A stretch of 64,000 nt of DNA. It comes from Squalus acanthias (lineage: Eukaryota). Each line of letters starts with the position of its first letter. Position 1 is the first letter of the stretch. Under the pieces are notes generated by a model, which saw only the letters and a program-made list of their open reading frames with translations, searched no databases and had not been told where the DNA came from. The position numbers and the translations under genes were made by a program. Shown piece after piece: positions 48,556 through 60,564 of the stretch. The DNA lies in assembly GCA_030390025.1 (NCBI GenBank), contig CM059432.1, forward strand, positions 24,616,001-24,680,000, read 5' to 3'.

Positions 48556-51500
48556 GGCAACAATGGAAAGGAAAATCAAGTAGGGTGTATAATGGGCGGC
48601 CTATCCGATATCGGCCGTTTGACACTCCTGCTGAAGTTGAAAGTTCCACCACTTTACTCTTGTTCCTAAAATGCTTTTTTATGACTTTATCTAATTATAC
48701 GCACATTTTTAGGGAATTATGTATTTGAATTCCTAGATCTGTCTGTTCAGCCACACCCTTCAGTGTCCTTCCACTGAGTGAATACACCCCAGAGACGGAC
48801 TGGCTCCCTTGAAAGGGCACAGGATTCTTCATAATTCTCACAGAAAAAAGGGGACAACGATAATACAGCGCTATGGAACCATTTATGTCATTAAGCTGAA
48901 AATTGCCCGATTTCTCATGTGAAAATTTTCCCTGATACTCTCATTCATGTAAGTTAGCTTAATGTGAGGTCAACCACTTGCACTTAATGCTCAGGCAGTG
49001 CCCAATGTCCAGCAATCTCAGCACTGCTGAGCAAGAACTACATTATCTGTCCTTGTCCTGCATACTTGCTGCCACTGTGAAATGTCAAAAAGCAAAACAC
49101 ATTTTGCTTTGTATATTTCCAGTGTTCCATTAAGGACTAACACAATGGTTAAAATACATTTGTGGTGCTGGTTTGCTAAACAATAAATAAATTCAGTTTG
49201 TTAAGTGTTACATGCTTCATTATTCATTATTCATAACTAATTTACATAATCAGGCACCACATTAAAACATGTACTTAGTCAAGTACAAAAGACCTTCAAT
49301 GAAGTAGTACTAGAAATGTTGAAAGGAAGTCTATTTAACCTGGTTCAGTGCTAGTGCTCTTACCTCTGAATTAGAAGGTTGTGAGTTTGAGCCCCATTTC
49401 AAAGACTTGAGTGTATAATCTAGGCTGATGCTTCAGTGTAGTGCTGAGGATGGTAGCAATAATGGGGTGACAAAAATTGTGAAAGGAAAATCAAGTGGGG
49501 AATATAAAACAAACATTAACATTTCTGTGAACAAGACAAATCCAATCACATTGTTCAAAGGTTTAAAATCCTAACTCAATCCTTTGTTTGATTTTCAAAC
49601 TCGTAATGCTCCCCTCTATTTTCAATGAACTCTTCTGCTGATGATGTCATGCTCCAACCATTACCTCTAACCATTAGCTATTCAGCCTCTGACATCATTC
49701 AGTGGAACAGTTTATATAAGAAGAAGGGATCATCAAGATCTGAGGAGTGAGTTGAAAGGATTTTACATGCTGGGTTTTATTATTCATTAGTTGTCAGAAT
49801 TTAAAGACAGGGCTGTTGGTGAGAAATGTATTTGAGTGAGATATTTCTCTTCCTTTCCTTTCTCCACTCCCACCAACGCCCCCCCACCCCCCCCCCCCCC
49901 CCCCCCCACCCCCGCCACCTTGCACAAGCTCAACTCCCCCAGCACACAACAGTGAATAGCAGCCAAAATAACAACAGAAAATGCTGGAAATGTTTTATGC
50001 ATTGAGAAACGATACAGCAGTGTCAATGATTGGCATAGTTGTCTCTAAATGGAGTGATACAAGATAAATTCATATCAACATTTCATGGTAGACAGCAGAG
50101 AAATAGACGTGAAATACACATTTACATTGTGACAAGTTGATGGGAAATTGACAAATCCACAGCAAGGATAGTTTCCTTGACTAATGACTTGCAGGAGCAT
50201 ACAGCAGGCCACTATGTTTGAAAGCTTGCTTTACGGGAAACCCAGTTACAGATAATTTGCTATTTTCTCCAGCACATTCTGATATTATGTTGCACAGCTA
50301 TACTGATGTGTCTCTTGATTTTATTGAATGGAGTGCTTAACTGTTACTTCAAATGGGAGTTGTATCACAGAGAAAAGCAAGTAAAAGAAAGAATGTGCGG
50401 TTATATAGCGCCTTTCACCACCTCAGGACGTCCCAAACCACTTTACAGCCAATTAAATACTTTTGAAGTGTAGTCACCATTGCAATGCAGGGAAAGTGCC
50501 AAGAAGGGGTTATTAGGCAGTTTTATGTTGGATTTCAGATGGTTATCAATCTGATTTTTTTGTAGTGTATGAAGGAAGCTTTAGACATCATGTTATTAGG
50601 GTGGATTATACCTCAAATGAAGTTTCGTCATGGTAGGTTCCAAACTCATGTAAAGGAGTCGCCAAGGTAGGCTTAGACAGATGAGAAGTTTGCCAGGGTT
50701 ATATGAGACCTTGTGTGAAGGAGTCACTTAGCTGGTCTCAGATTTTATGACGGCATTATGATGGTGAGTTTAGCACTGGAATGAAGGAGGTGCCATGTTA
50801 TTCATTCCTCGTGGAAAGGTCATCATTTGCACACTTTGACCTCTGTTAAGTCGTAATCAGAATGGGTTTAGACCTCAAATGAAGGGCTGGATCTAGACCA
50901 TGTGTGAAATGTTCAGCAGGATGAACTTGAATCTTATATGAAGGGGCCATTCAGGTAGGCATGGACCGTAAACAAAAAAAGAAAGGAGAAAACTTACAGT
51001 TTGGTAGCACTTCTTCGGGGTGTGAAGTGCAGTCACAGTTGTTATGTAGGCAAATACAATGAAAAATTTATGCAAGATCCCACAAACAGCAAAATTAAAC
51101 TAGCTGAACTGTTTTTGGTTACTTCGGTTAAGATAAGAATGTCAGTCAGCTCACTGAGAACTCCCAGCTCTTCATTCAATGGTCCCATGGGCTCTTTTAT
51201 GTCGACCCAAATAGGCAACCAGGGCATCAGTGTAAGGTCTCATCAGAACAACTGCACCTTTGACAATTCAGCACTCCCTGATTACTGCACTGAAGTGTCA
51301 GCCTAGATCTTATAGTCAGGCCTAAGCCCAAAAGCTTTGGCTTCTGAAGCAACAATACTACAACTGAATCAAGCTGATACTGAACAAAGCAATAGAATAG
51401 GATCTATGCAATGGGTTTTCCCATGCACGATATAGTCATCAGGAAGGTATGAAAACATTTCCTTATAACCCTATTTCATGCTTCTAAAACCAATAAATTA

Positions 51501-51590
51501 GTGTAACAATCTAGAGTCTGTGAATAAATAACTATATTTTACAGTAAAACCTGTGCTTTCTATCTCCTAGGTGGGTTAATATAGCATTTT

Positions 51591-51945
51591 GGGGTGGAAA
51601 TTGGTCCTCATTGTGCCCTTTTTCTGAGTGCCAGAAGAAGCCCAGCAAGCTAACATTTAGTAAGTTTTTAATGGTTTCCTTATGGGCAACTGCTCCTTCA
51701 GGCCCGATAAGGAATTCTTGGGCCTCTTCTACCCTGGGCTTCTCCCCTTCCCCCGATTGCGATCGCCTGCCAACTCCCCTCTTAACAGTAACCTTAATGC
51801 CAGGGACCGTTCCCGCAGATCGCGGCGGTGGCCTCATGCTCCCGCCCGCCGGCCTCCTCATCATTCCCATCGGGATCAGGCAGGATACTCTTCTTCTTCC
51901 CCATGTCGCACTCACACCTCAAGTTAAAACTAGGACTTTAAAATC
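51591..51945. mobile_element. MITE-like element
   Basis: Starts GGGGTGGAAATTGG. GC-rich body resembles the inverse of about 18330-18540. Confidence 0.5.
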
Positions 51946-51954
51946 CATAATTTG

Positions 51955-53370
51955 AGATCAACTGAGGGAGCATTAGGAATAATCAGAGCCATACAGTTAT
52001 TAAAGGCATGTTGTGTTTGTCAAATTTAATAGTGACTGATTGGATGGATAAAGGGAATACAGTAGATGTGGTGTATTTGGATTTTCAGAAGGTATTTGAT
52101 AAAGTGTCTCACAAAAGGCTTACAAAAATTCATATGGTATAAGATGAAATATAGCACCATGAATAGAATATTAGTTAACATACAGAAAACCAAGAGTTGG
52201 GGTTAGTGGATGCTGCTCGTATTGGAGAAGGGATGTGTTCACTTTTGTTCTCCATATATAGATGGAGTATGACACCAAGATACGATGCTGATGCATGCTA
52301 GGTTTGCTAACAGTGAGGACTGTAACATACTTCATTAGGATACAAACAGGTTAGTGGACTGGGAGACAGATGGGAGATTCAATTTAGTGTATATATGTAA
52401 GGTAATGCATTTTGGAACAAGGAATGGAAATATAATTTCTTGTAAGACTTTGATGGGTGTGGAGGAGCAAAGAGATCTATGGATTTATTTCTCTGTAAGT
52501 ATGAGTGAATGTAGAGAAATGGCAATAGCAGTTTGGGTTTTATAAACAGGGATACAGAGTTCAAATACAAAGAGGTTATGACGAACACAATTTTTTTTTT
52601 AAACTGTAGATGCTGGAGATTTGAAACAAATACAGAAAATGCTGCAAGCATCCAGGCATCATCTGTGGAGAAAACATAAATGTTAATGTTTCAGGTATGG
52701 ACTCTTCGTCAGCAGAGCTTTGTTTGACGAAGGCTCCACATCTCAAACATTCACTTGCCTGTTCTCACCACAGATAGTGACTGACCTGCTGTGTGTTTCC
52801 AGCATTTTCTATATTTGTTTGAGGTTATGATAAAGTTGTAGAAGGTAATGGTTAACCCACAGTTAGAGTATTGTATGCAATTTTGGATACCCCATTATAG
52901 AAAGGACATTTAAGCCATAAAGATTTATCGGGTTGATCATGAGGATGATACTAGGAATGTGATACGAGGAGAATTGAACGACTGCGACTATTTCCATTAG
53001 AGCAGACTGGCTAAGAGGAGTAATTAATAAAGGTTTTTAAAATTATTATGGATGTTGATAGGTTGAATAGGGAAAGACTATTTCCTCTGGTTGGGGAGTT
53101 AGTGACAAGAGGGCATCAATTAAAAATTGTCAGGAATGAGGAGAGAGATTAGGATAAATTTTGTTATGCAGAGAGTTGTTAGTACCTGGAATGCTTTACC
53201 ACAAGGAATAGTTGAGACCATTTCATCTTTTGACATTCTAAGCAGAGGGAATATGCTGCTGGGAGGCAGCAGGGCAGTGGGATTAGTTTTAGATTTTTCT
53301 AGCAACGAATTCCCCAGACATGATGGACCAAATGGCCTCCTTCTGTACTGTAAACCTTTATGTTTCTATT
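51955..53370 (+). mobile_element. Old CR1 LINE (RT to 3' end)
   Basis: VDVVYLDFQKVFDKVSH, CKVMHFG, LEYCMQFW, QRVVSTWNALP. Confidence 0.85.
52582..52820. mobile_element. Fold-back Penelope-derived insertion (two inverted terminal repeats)
   Basis: 10-bp TSD GAGGTTATGA (52572-52581, 52821-52830). The arms match both strands of 31750-31875. Confidence 0.75.
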
Positions 53371-55089
53371 TGCTATCCTTTGGTCACTTGGTATTACATC
53401 ACCACTCTAAGGTTCTTCAATGGCCTCGCTGTTTCTTCTTTCGCCTAATTGCTGCAAATATATTCGCACAAATGCTTGACATTTCTTTGTCATTTCTTTT
53501 GCTTGTCAAAAAAAGGAAATCGTTACAGGGAGGGAATACTCTGGGCTGCACCGGGGGAATCAAAATCATAGCAGGCACATCTCTTTATCAAACTGAGGGC
53601 AGTGGTCTGCAAATGCATTTGGTGCAGAGACTTTGGACTTCGATTTCTATAGCATCCAGGTACCTGGCACATCAAGAAACTCTCCTGCCTACAGCTCTGA
53701 AGGCAGACACCCATCAAGTATATGATAAGAACTCTATGAAGCTTGGGCTGACAACTGCTAAAAGACATTACCTGAAGGCTGGATATGAGACAATGAGCTC
53801 ATATATCACTGCCTATCATGATCGGGTTTCAGAGGAACAAGCAGTTGTTGCTGAAGCTCCAGCTCCAAGTGCTGGAATTACCATTCAGTGGGCTACAGTA
53901 TTTGTCTAGCCTGTGGTTAGGACAATAGTGGCAATGCACTCACACATTTAATGGTGCTTTCTGATGTTCAGTCGGAGATTCTGGTACCTGCTATCCACCG
54001 GCAAGGACCAGCGAGGACTGGATTGGATGACTTGCGTGTAATGTTCCATACCCATCCACTCCATTTCCCCACGCCGCACCACCCCCCACCACTTTCCATG
54101 GTTAAATGGAAATACACTTGAAAGGGCTATGAGGAAAGAGCAGGGGAGTGAGACTAATTGGATAGCTCTTTCAAAGAGCCGGCACAGGCACGACGTGCTG
54201 AATGGCCAATTTCTGTTCTGTATGATTCCATGAAATGGTTGTCGACACTTGCTCTCAAGGCTTACACACGAAGAATGCCCATTTGATTGAAATTCCAGAT
54301 GGTTGCAGGTGCCTGGGAAACTGTAGCCAGCGTGAGACTGCCTTCAGCAGAAAAGGGGAGAAAAACTAGGGAAAAATGGATGTGTGCAACCCATAATTTC
54401 TTTTCTCTGCGGGGGTGGGGGAAACAATGCAGTAAGCTGTCAGGGGTACAGACTGTGCGTCTTACACTCTGCAGGCTTCTTTGGATGCTCAGAAAACATT
54501 GATGCGCCCTTCATTTTAATTAGCTGTATAGAATGCAGTAGCTCACATTTTCCACAAGTTGTCAGCAGATGCTGGAAGAGAGAGCGAGAGAGAAATGAAG
54601 TATAATGAAAAGAAGTGTGACATTTACCTCTCCCTGATGCTGCAGCTTTTCGTGCCTTTACCTGCAGGGAAATGTTTGTTTGATGAGTGCGTGTGGCTTT
54701 CGACTGTCCATGTGGTTGACACGCCACAATGTTAAAAAGTGCAGATGTAAACAGTAAGTAGGGCTTGATTATTGAGTAAGTGCCAAAAGGAGAAAAGAAA
54801 AAGGAAATAGCCGGAACTGTTGATTAATGATTGCAATTGTGAATTATTGAAAATGATGATCAACACTGATTTGGAAAATACTGATTTGGATTAATTTGGC
54901 AAATTCATGAATTGGTCCATTTATTTCCTTTATCTTTCAATAAATTTAATAAATGACAGTATGCATACAGAGAAGGTAAAGAATTCGCTCTCAGTGGATG
55001 CAATGTGATTTTACTTAATCCCACTGTTAATATCTTATTGACAAAATGGATACATAATAAAGTGCATTTTGTTGCTACTTATGGACTCA

Positions 55090-55122
55090 AATAGACAGAC
55101 AGATAGACAGACAGATAGATAG
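55090..55122. repeat. (AGAC/AGAT)n microsatellite
   Basis: Direct inspection. A similar GATA/GATG tract lies at about 9780-9830. Confidence 0.85.
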
Positions 55123-56498
55123 AGTTTTCTGAGTCCAATGCAGCTTGGTGCAATAGTATCTGCAACTGATCCCTGGCAGTGTAGCAGTGAATCCCTGTGG
55201 TCAGTGCTTATATTTCCCAGCACTGTTCTGATGGGATGCATCCATATTCCCCCATCATCCTGGATTTTTCCTTTATTTTGTATTGAGAAGCAGGGCTCAC
55301 CATGCAGGACATCACCAGCATCAAAAAGTATGAAAGAAAGAAAGACTTGCATTTATATAGCGCCTTTCACGACCACCGGACGTCTCAAAGCGCTTTACAG
55401 TCAATGAAGTACTTTTCAAAGTGGTGTCACTGTTGTAATGTGGGAAAGAGAAGACAAGGTAAATCAAGAAGTAATGACATCTAGATTGAAGAAACAACAG
55501 AAGACTAAGAGGTCCTTACAGTTTTGAGGCCCTTGGGAAGGATGAGTTAGAGGGACAGATTATATGATAAGACTTGCATCCTGTGCATTAGAAAATTGTG
55601 AGCGCATTATCCATTTTCCAAAATCTGCCCATTGATTTCAACACATAGCAATGTAGGGAGCAGAGAGAATGAGTCGGACAGCCCATTTGTAGTTTAGACG
55701 GAATGAAAGAGAAAAGTCTAGAGCAGCACTGATCTCAATAGTATCAGTAAAATAGGAAGAGACAAGAAAGCTTGTGACACAGAGAGAGAGAGAAATTGGA
55801 GGTTGTAGATGAAACAGTGATCAACTTACACAGGCAGCAGTGAACTGGTGCTATATTCTCCTATTTAGATCCGTGAATTTTGGCGATAAGAGAATAGTTT
55901 GTGATGATAACTGTAGTTATTCAGTTCAAATGGACACCCTATTACATTTGCCTGCCTCAAAAAAGAGTACATATTTTGCAATGCCTCCTAATTTGCAAAC
56001 CAACATTGTTCACAGTTAAAATATGTTTAATGGGGGCTTATTCATGAAACAGCGACCGACTCATAATTTCTTACTATACATGAGACAAAATACCGACTGG
56101 GCTCATCTCTGGTGTCCCATGGTGGATTAGCTTGCTTGCAGTCACTGTTGAGGCTCACATATGAAAAATTAACACTTGGGTGAGATACTGTGGGTGAAAT
56201 TGGATAACCCCCAAAAATGAGCGTGAGGATTGTGGTACGCGATTAACCCGTGCCCATTCATTGCAATGCAGGCAGCACATTAAATTTATGCTGCCTGCCA
56301 TTTTAAATCATTGCTGCATGCAGCCAGCATTCCCCACACTGTTCATTGGCTGCACGCATCAGCAGGGGGCCCAATATTGTGAGTGGCTTGCACTACTTAA
56401 AGGCAGCCTGCACCCCTTAAAGGTGCATTATGGCTGCAAGAAGTAGCAGGAATTTTTGAAAGTGAATCTGGCTTGTGAAATTTGAGGAATGGTTGAAC

Positions 56499-56726
56499 AT
56501 GCGAGCGAGCATACACCAAGGTATTCTGAAATGCACTTGAGGTCTTAGTGCAAGACATGGAGAGAAGGAGAGACATCCTGTATCCGCAGGGGGCAGGAGG
56601 CACTCTAGACATATGCTCAGGAGGCAGTGGGAAGAAATAACAGCAGAGGTCACTGCCAGCAGTGTAGTTTCAAGAATATGGATGCAGTGCAGGAAGAAGT
56701 TTAGCAATCTGACACGAGTTGTCAAG
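56499..56726 (+). pseudogene. Harbinger Myb/SANT exon 1 remnant
   Basis: ALEVLVQDMERRRDILYPQG / RRQWEEITAEVTASSVVSRIWMQCRKKFSNLTRVVK across frameshifts. Donor is mutated to TTGAGT. Confidence 0.8.
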
Positions 56727-56849
56727 TTGAGTGAGCACAATCTTCCAATAGGATATCCTACCAACTGCACCACTAGCCTCATCCACTGCTCAATTCACTA
56801 CACCCCCATCAACCAACTACCAACAGCTCGCACACACTGGCAGCTATTC

Positions 56850-57005
56850 AACCTTGACAGCCACAGGCAATGCTGTCCTTGCCCTGCTGAAAGGCTGCAG
56901 TTGTGACTGCAGAAGTTGGCAGATATCAGTCACAACCTCTTTTGTGAAGTGAAGCATTAGTCCTCACTGAAGTTGAGGTAAGAGAATTGCTCCCTGAAGA
57001 TATGG
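56850..57005 (-). pseudogene. Harbinger transposase N-terminal remnant
   Basis: IFREQFSYLNFSED* / LHFTKEVVTDICQLLQSQLQPFSRARTALPVAVKV, homologous to 24770-24910. Confidence 0.8.
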
Positions 57006-57923
57006 TCAGTTCAAATTATGAATATCCTGCAGAATGCCCATCTCCCCCTCATCCTCTTCTAGCAGTTTGTCCTGTTCTGTGTGGCCTCTTTTCATTCTCC
57101 CAGTTATGTTCAATTCCCAGAGGAAGGCCTGCCAGGCTACTCATGTCTGGAAACAACTTGTTTCAGCACAAGATTTTAAATGACAAAAAAAACTACCTCA
57201 AGACTAGCCAGACTACTCCCTGTAGAGTATTACAACTTTAGCCAACTATAGGAATGCTTCCAAAACACAATTGCACCAGCAGCCAGAAGGAATAATCCTG
57301 TAAGTACTTCATGATCCTTTTAAATAGCACCCTTCATTCCATTTAACATCGTGTTCAGCTGTGTGAGGTTAAGACAGGGCATTGGCTGGAGTGTGGAGTT
57401 TGAAAATGGAGCGCTGGCGGTAAGGTGGTAACCTGCGCAATTCCCGTTGGTAGTGTGCGCGCGCATCTCGGAACTCATTTTCTATCCTAATGTGGTCTCG
57501 TAGCGCCTAAAAAAACAGCACTACATGGCCCAATTTAGCCCCCACTGTATGGTAGCCAACACCTGTTGAACTGTGGGAGTCAATTGATTCAGGAATGAGG
57601 GTGAGAATATTGGACAATAAAAGAAATAAAGGTACAAAAAGTTAGACCCCAATTTTGGGCAAACATCAACCTTGGGAAAATTAAAATTGACTCCACACTT
57701 TATGCTGTCTGATACTCATAACTCGAACTGACTATAACAAAAATGGATAAGTCAATGATACGGTATCTTAGTCATTCACAATTATAAAATAACTGGTGCA
57801 GTCTTATTTTCAAATAGATTCATCCTTTTCCTCAGTGAGAAATCTAGGTGAAAGGTTCCGACACATAATGCAGGACAGCACCAAAATGAGCTAGATCAGG
57901 AAGGAAAGCAAATAGTTCTCCAG

Positions 57924-58818
57924 GGGGGAAAAATTCAGTTGGTTGTGCCTCCCGTTAGCGCCTTAAGAGGGCGCTAATGGGGCGCAAAGCATCTAGCGCC
58001 CGGGCACGGCGATGTTTGTGCCGCTCGCGAAATTAACTAGACATTTTGCGGCGGCGCTAAACACTACCACCACGATCTCCTGCGCCGGCAGATCGTGACG
58101 TCAGTCGAGTGCGCAACGCCCCGGTATCGCCCCGGAGCGGATATTGAGTGGCGCCCCCTGCCTTACCGCCTGCCACTAGCAACGACAGGTTGAGGGGAGC
58201 GTTTTGCAGTCAGGAAGGGACTGGGGGAGCGCTATTTAAAGGCGACCGCTTCCTGCCTTTTATTGTTGGTGACATTTTTGAACCACGCATTCTGAGAGAG
58301 AGAGAGAGAGAGACTTCTGGAGAGATTCAACGCTGTGTGAAGGAGTTTTGGGTACAGAGCAACACTTTGCAGGTTCATTTTGATTTGCCCTTCCTTGTAT
58401 CGATTTGGAAGAGACTGTGGGGGCGGCACTCTGAGCTCTTTCCCTGGTACTCTCCATTGTTCTTTCCAGCAGATTTGATGTGCAGGGCTCTCCAGGCCGA
58501 GATTCAAGGCTGCAATGAGCAGGATGTGGATGGAAAGCAAGATCAACCCTCCCCTTTAAGAACTGGCCCGCGCCATTGTGTGTGTGTTCCATTGCTGACT
58601 GACATCACATGAGCTTCGCCAGCGCTCTGAGGTAGCGCCTCGCTCCTCGGCCTTTGCGCCTTAAGACAGGTGTGAAGCGCCTGATTTAGCGCCCCAATCA
58701 CCTCCAGGGGTGATAAAAGCCAAGTTTGCAGTCAGAGGCGATAATTAGCGCCAGGCGCTAATCTTTGTGCCCGGCCGATAATTGCCCCCCAAATGGGGCA
58801 ATACTGAATTTCTCCCCC
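57924..58818 (+). mobile_element. 895-bp Harbinger MITE, copy 2 of the 35195 family
   Basis: Same 16-bp TIRs, TSD CAG (57921-57923, 58819-58821), colinear with 35195-36087. Confidence 0.92.
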
Positions 58819-59059
58819 CAGGTGTCCTAACCACCATTCTTCTCTCAAGCAAAGATGGATTATCTGGTCATTCAGTTAATTAGTGTTTGCCAAATGGCTA
58901 CCACAATGTCAGTTACTGGACATACAAACATTCAAGAATGACAGACAGGAAAAGACCAACTGGTCCATCCAGCCTGTCCCATGTACTGCAATGCAAAGTC
59001 ATTTATTCTCTGTGAAGTAATTTGGGACAAAGTGCTGGGACATGACAGGATACATCTGA

Positions 59060-60250
59060 GATCCTGAGGGAAATCAGGGAAGAAAAAGCAGTGGCCCTAG
59101 AAATGATATTTCAAGGTTTTATTGAGAGTGAATGTGTGCCTGAGGACTGGAGAGTGGACAATATAATACTCATTTTCAAAAAAGGAGAAAGCTATCCCAA
59201 GTAATTACAAACCAGTTAGTTTAACATCTGTGGTAACATTTTAGAATTTATAATTAAAAAGGAAATTACTAAATATCTAGATTTTATGGCAAGAGGTATA
59301 AAATATAACAGTCAAGATATAATGGTGAATCTAAATTAAATCTTAGTAAAAATTTGGGTCTAGACAGAGTAGATAGAGAGAAACTGTTCCCATTGGCGGA
59401 AGGGTTGAGAACCAGAGGACACAGATTTAAGGTGATTGGCAAAAGAACCAAAGGCGACATGAGGGAAAACTTTTTTACGCAGCGAGTGGTTAGGATCTGG
59501 AATGCACTGCCTGAAAGGGTAGTGGAGGCAGACTCAATCGTGGCTTTCAAAAGGGAATTGGATAAGTACCTGAAGGAAAAAAAATTGCAGGGCTATGGGG
59601 AAAGGACGGGGGAGTGGGACTAGCTGAAGTGTTCTTGCAGAGAGCCGGCACGGGCTTGATGGGCCGAAGGGCTTCCTTCTTTGCTGTAACAATTCTATAA
59701 TTCTATGATTCTAAAATGACAGTTGGAGTACCGTGCGGTTTTGGGCTCCAGACTATAGGAAGATGTTGAGGCAATAGAGAGAGTACAGCACAGATTCACT
59801 AGGATGCTACATGGTATGAGGAAATACAAAGACAAAGAATCATTGGGAAAAATAACACTGTTTTCATTCGAACCAAGGAGATTAAGGAGTGATTTGATTG
59901 AGGTGTTTAAAATTAGGAAGGGATGGGACAGAGTGGATAGAAACAGATTGTTTCCAATGATTGAGGGGTTTAGAATTAAGAGGGTATAGATATATGATTA
60001 AATATATGAGATTTAGGACAAAGCAGAGGGTTGTGAAGCTGTGGAGTGCACTTGCAGAGTTGGTGATTAAAGCAGAAGCCATGTCAGCATTTAAGAATAG
60101 GTTAGATAGATGGTTGAAAGAATGGAGAATAAAGGTATATAAGAACAGGGCAGACACATGGGATTAGGCCCAGTATTTGTGTGGCGGATAAACACCCACA
60201 CGGACTAGTTGAGCTAAATAGCTTGCTTCCAGGTTATAATTTCGATGTAA
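59060..60250 (+). mobile_element. Old CR1 fragments with a younger CR1 3' end nested at about 59355-59712
   Basis: GLDRVDREKLFPL..RTRGH..FFTQRVVRIWNALP, and RRLRSDLIEVFKI. Confidence 0.88.
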
Positions 60251-60564
60251 CTGTAAGGTGTCAGACTTGGCTCAGTGGTAGCACACTCATCTCTGAGTCA
60301 GGTGGTCATGGGTTCCAGCCCCACTTCAGAACCTTGAGCACATAATCGAGGCTGACACTTCAGTGCAGTACTGAGTGACTGCTGCACTGTCGGAGATGCC
60401 GTCTTTCAGATGAGACATTAAACCTGCTCTCTCAGGTGGACATAACAAATCCTATGGCACTGTTCAAAAAAACATAGAAACATAGAAGATAGGAGCAGGA
60501 GTAGGCCATTCGGCCCCTCGAGCCTGTTCCGCCATTTAATGAGATCATGGCTGATCATCCAAAT

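Larger units (their letters stand above)
56191..57544. mobile_element. Second Harbinger deletion derivative (about 1.35 kb)
   Basis: Ends TGGGTGAAATTGG / CCAATTTAGCCCCCA, flanked by CTG, with convergent Myb and transposase remnants. Confidence 0.8.

Noticed and set aside
58148..58612. 154-aa ORF in the MITE, and overlapping ORFs in the 35.4-35.9 kb copy
   Set aside because: The frame differs between the two copies (the GA tract length changes it) and there are no transposase motifs.
35195..58818. Segmental duplication or LTR pair explanation for the two 0.9-kb direct repeats
   Set aside because: Each copy has TIRs and its own distinct 3-bp TSD, the flanks are unrelated, and there are no TG...CA ends or internal gag/pol.
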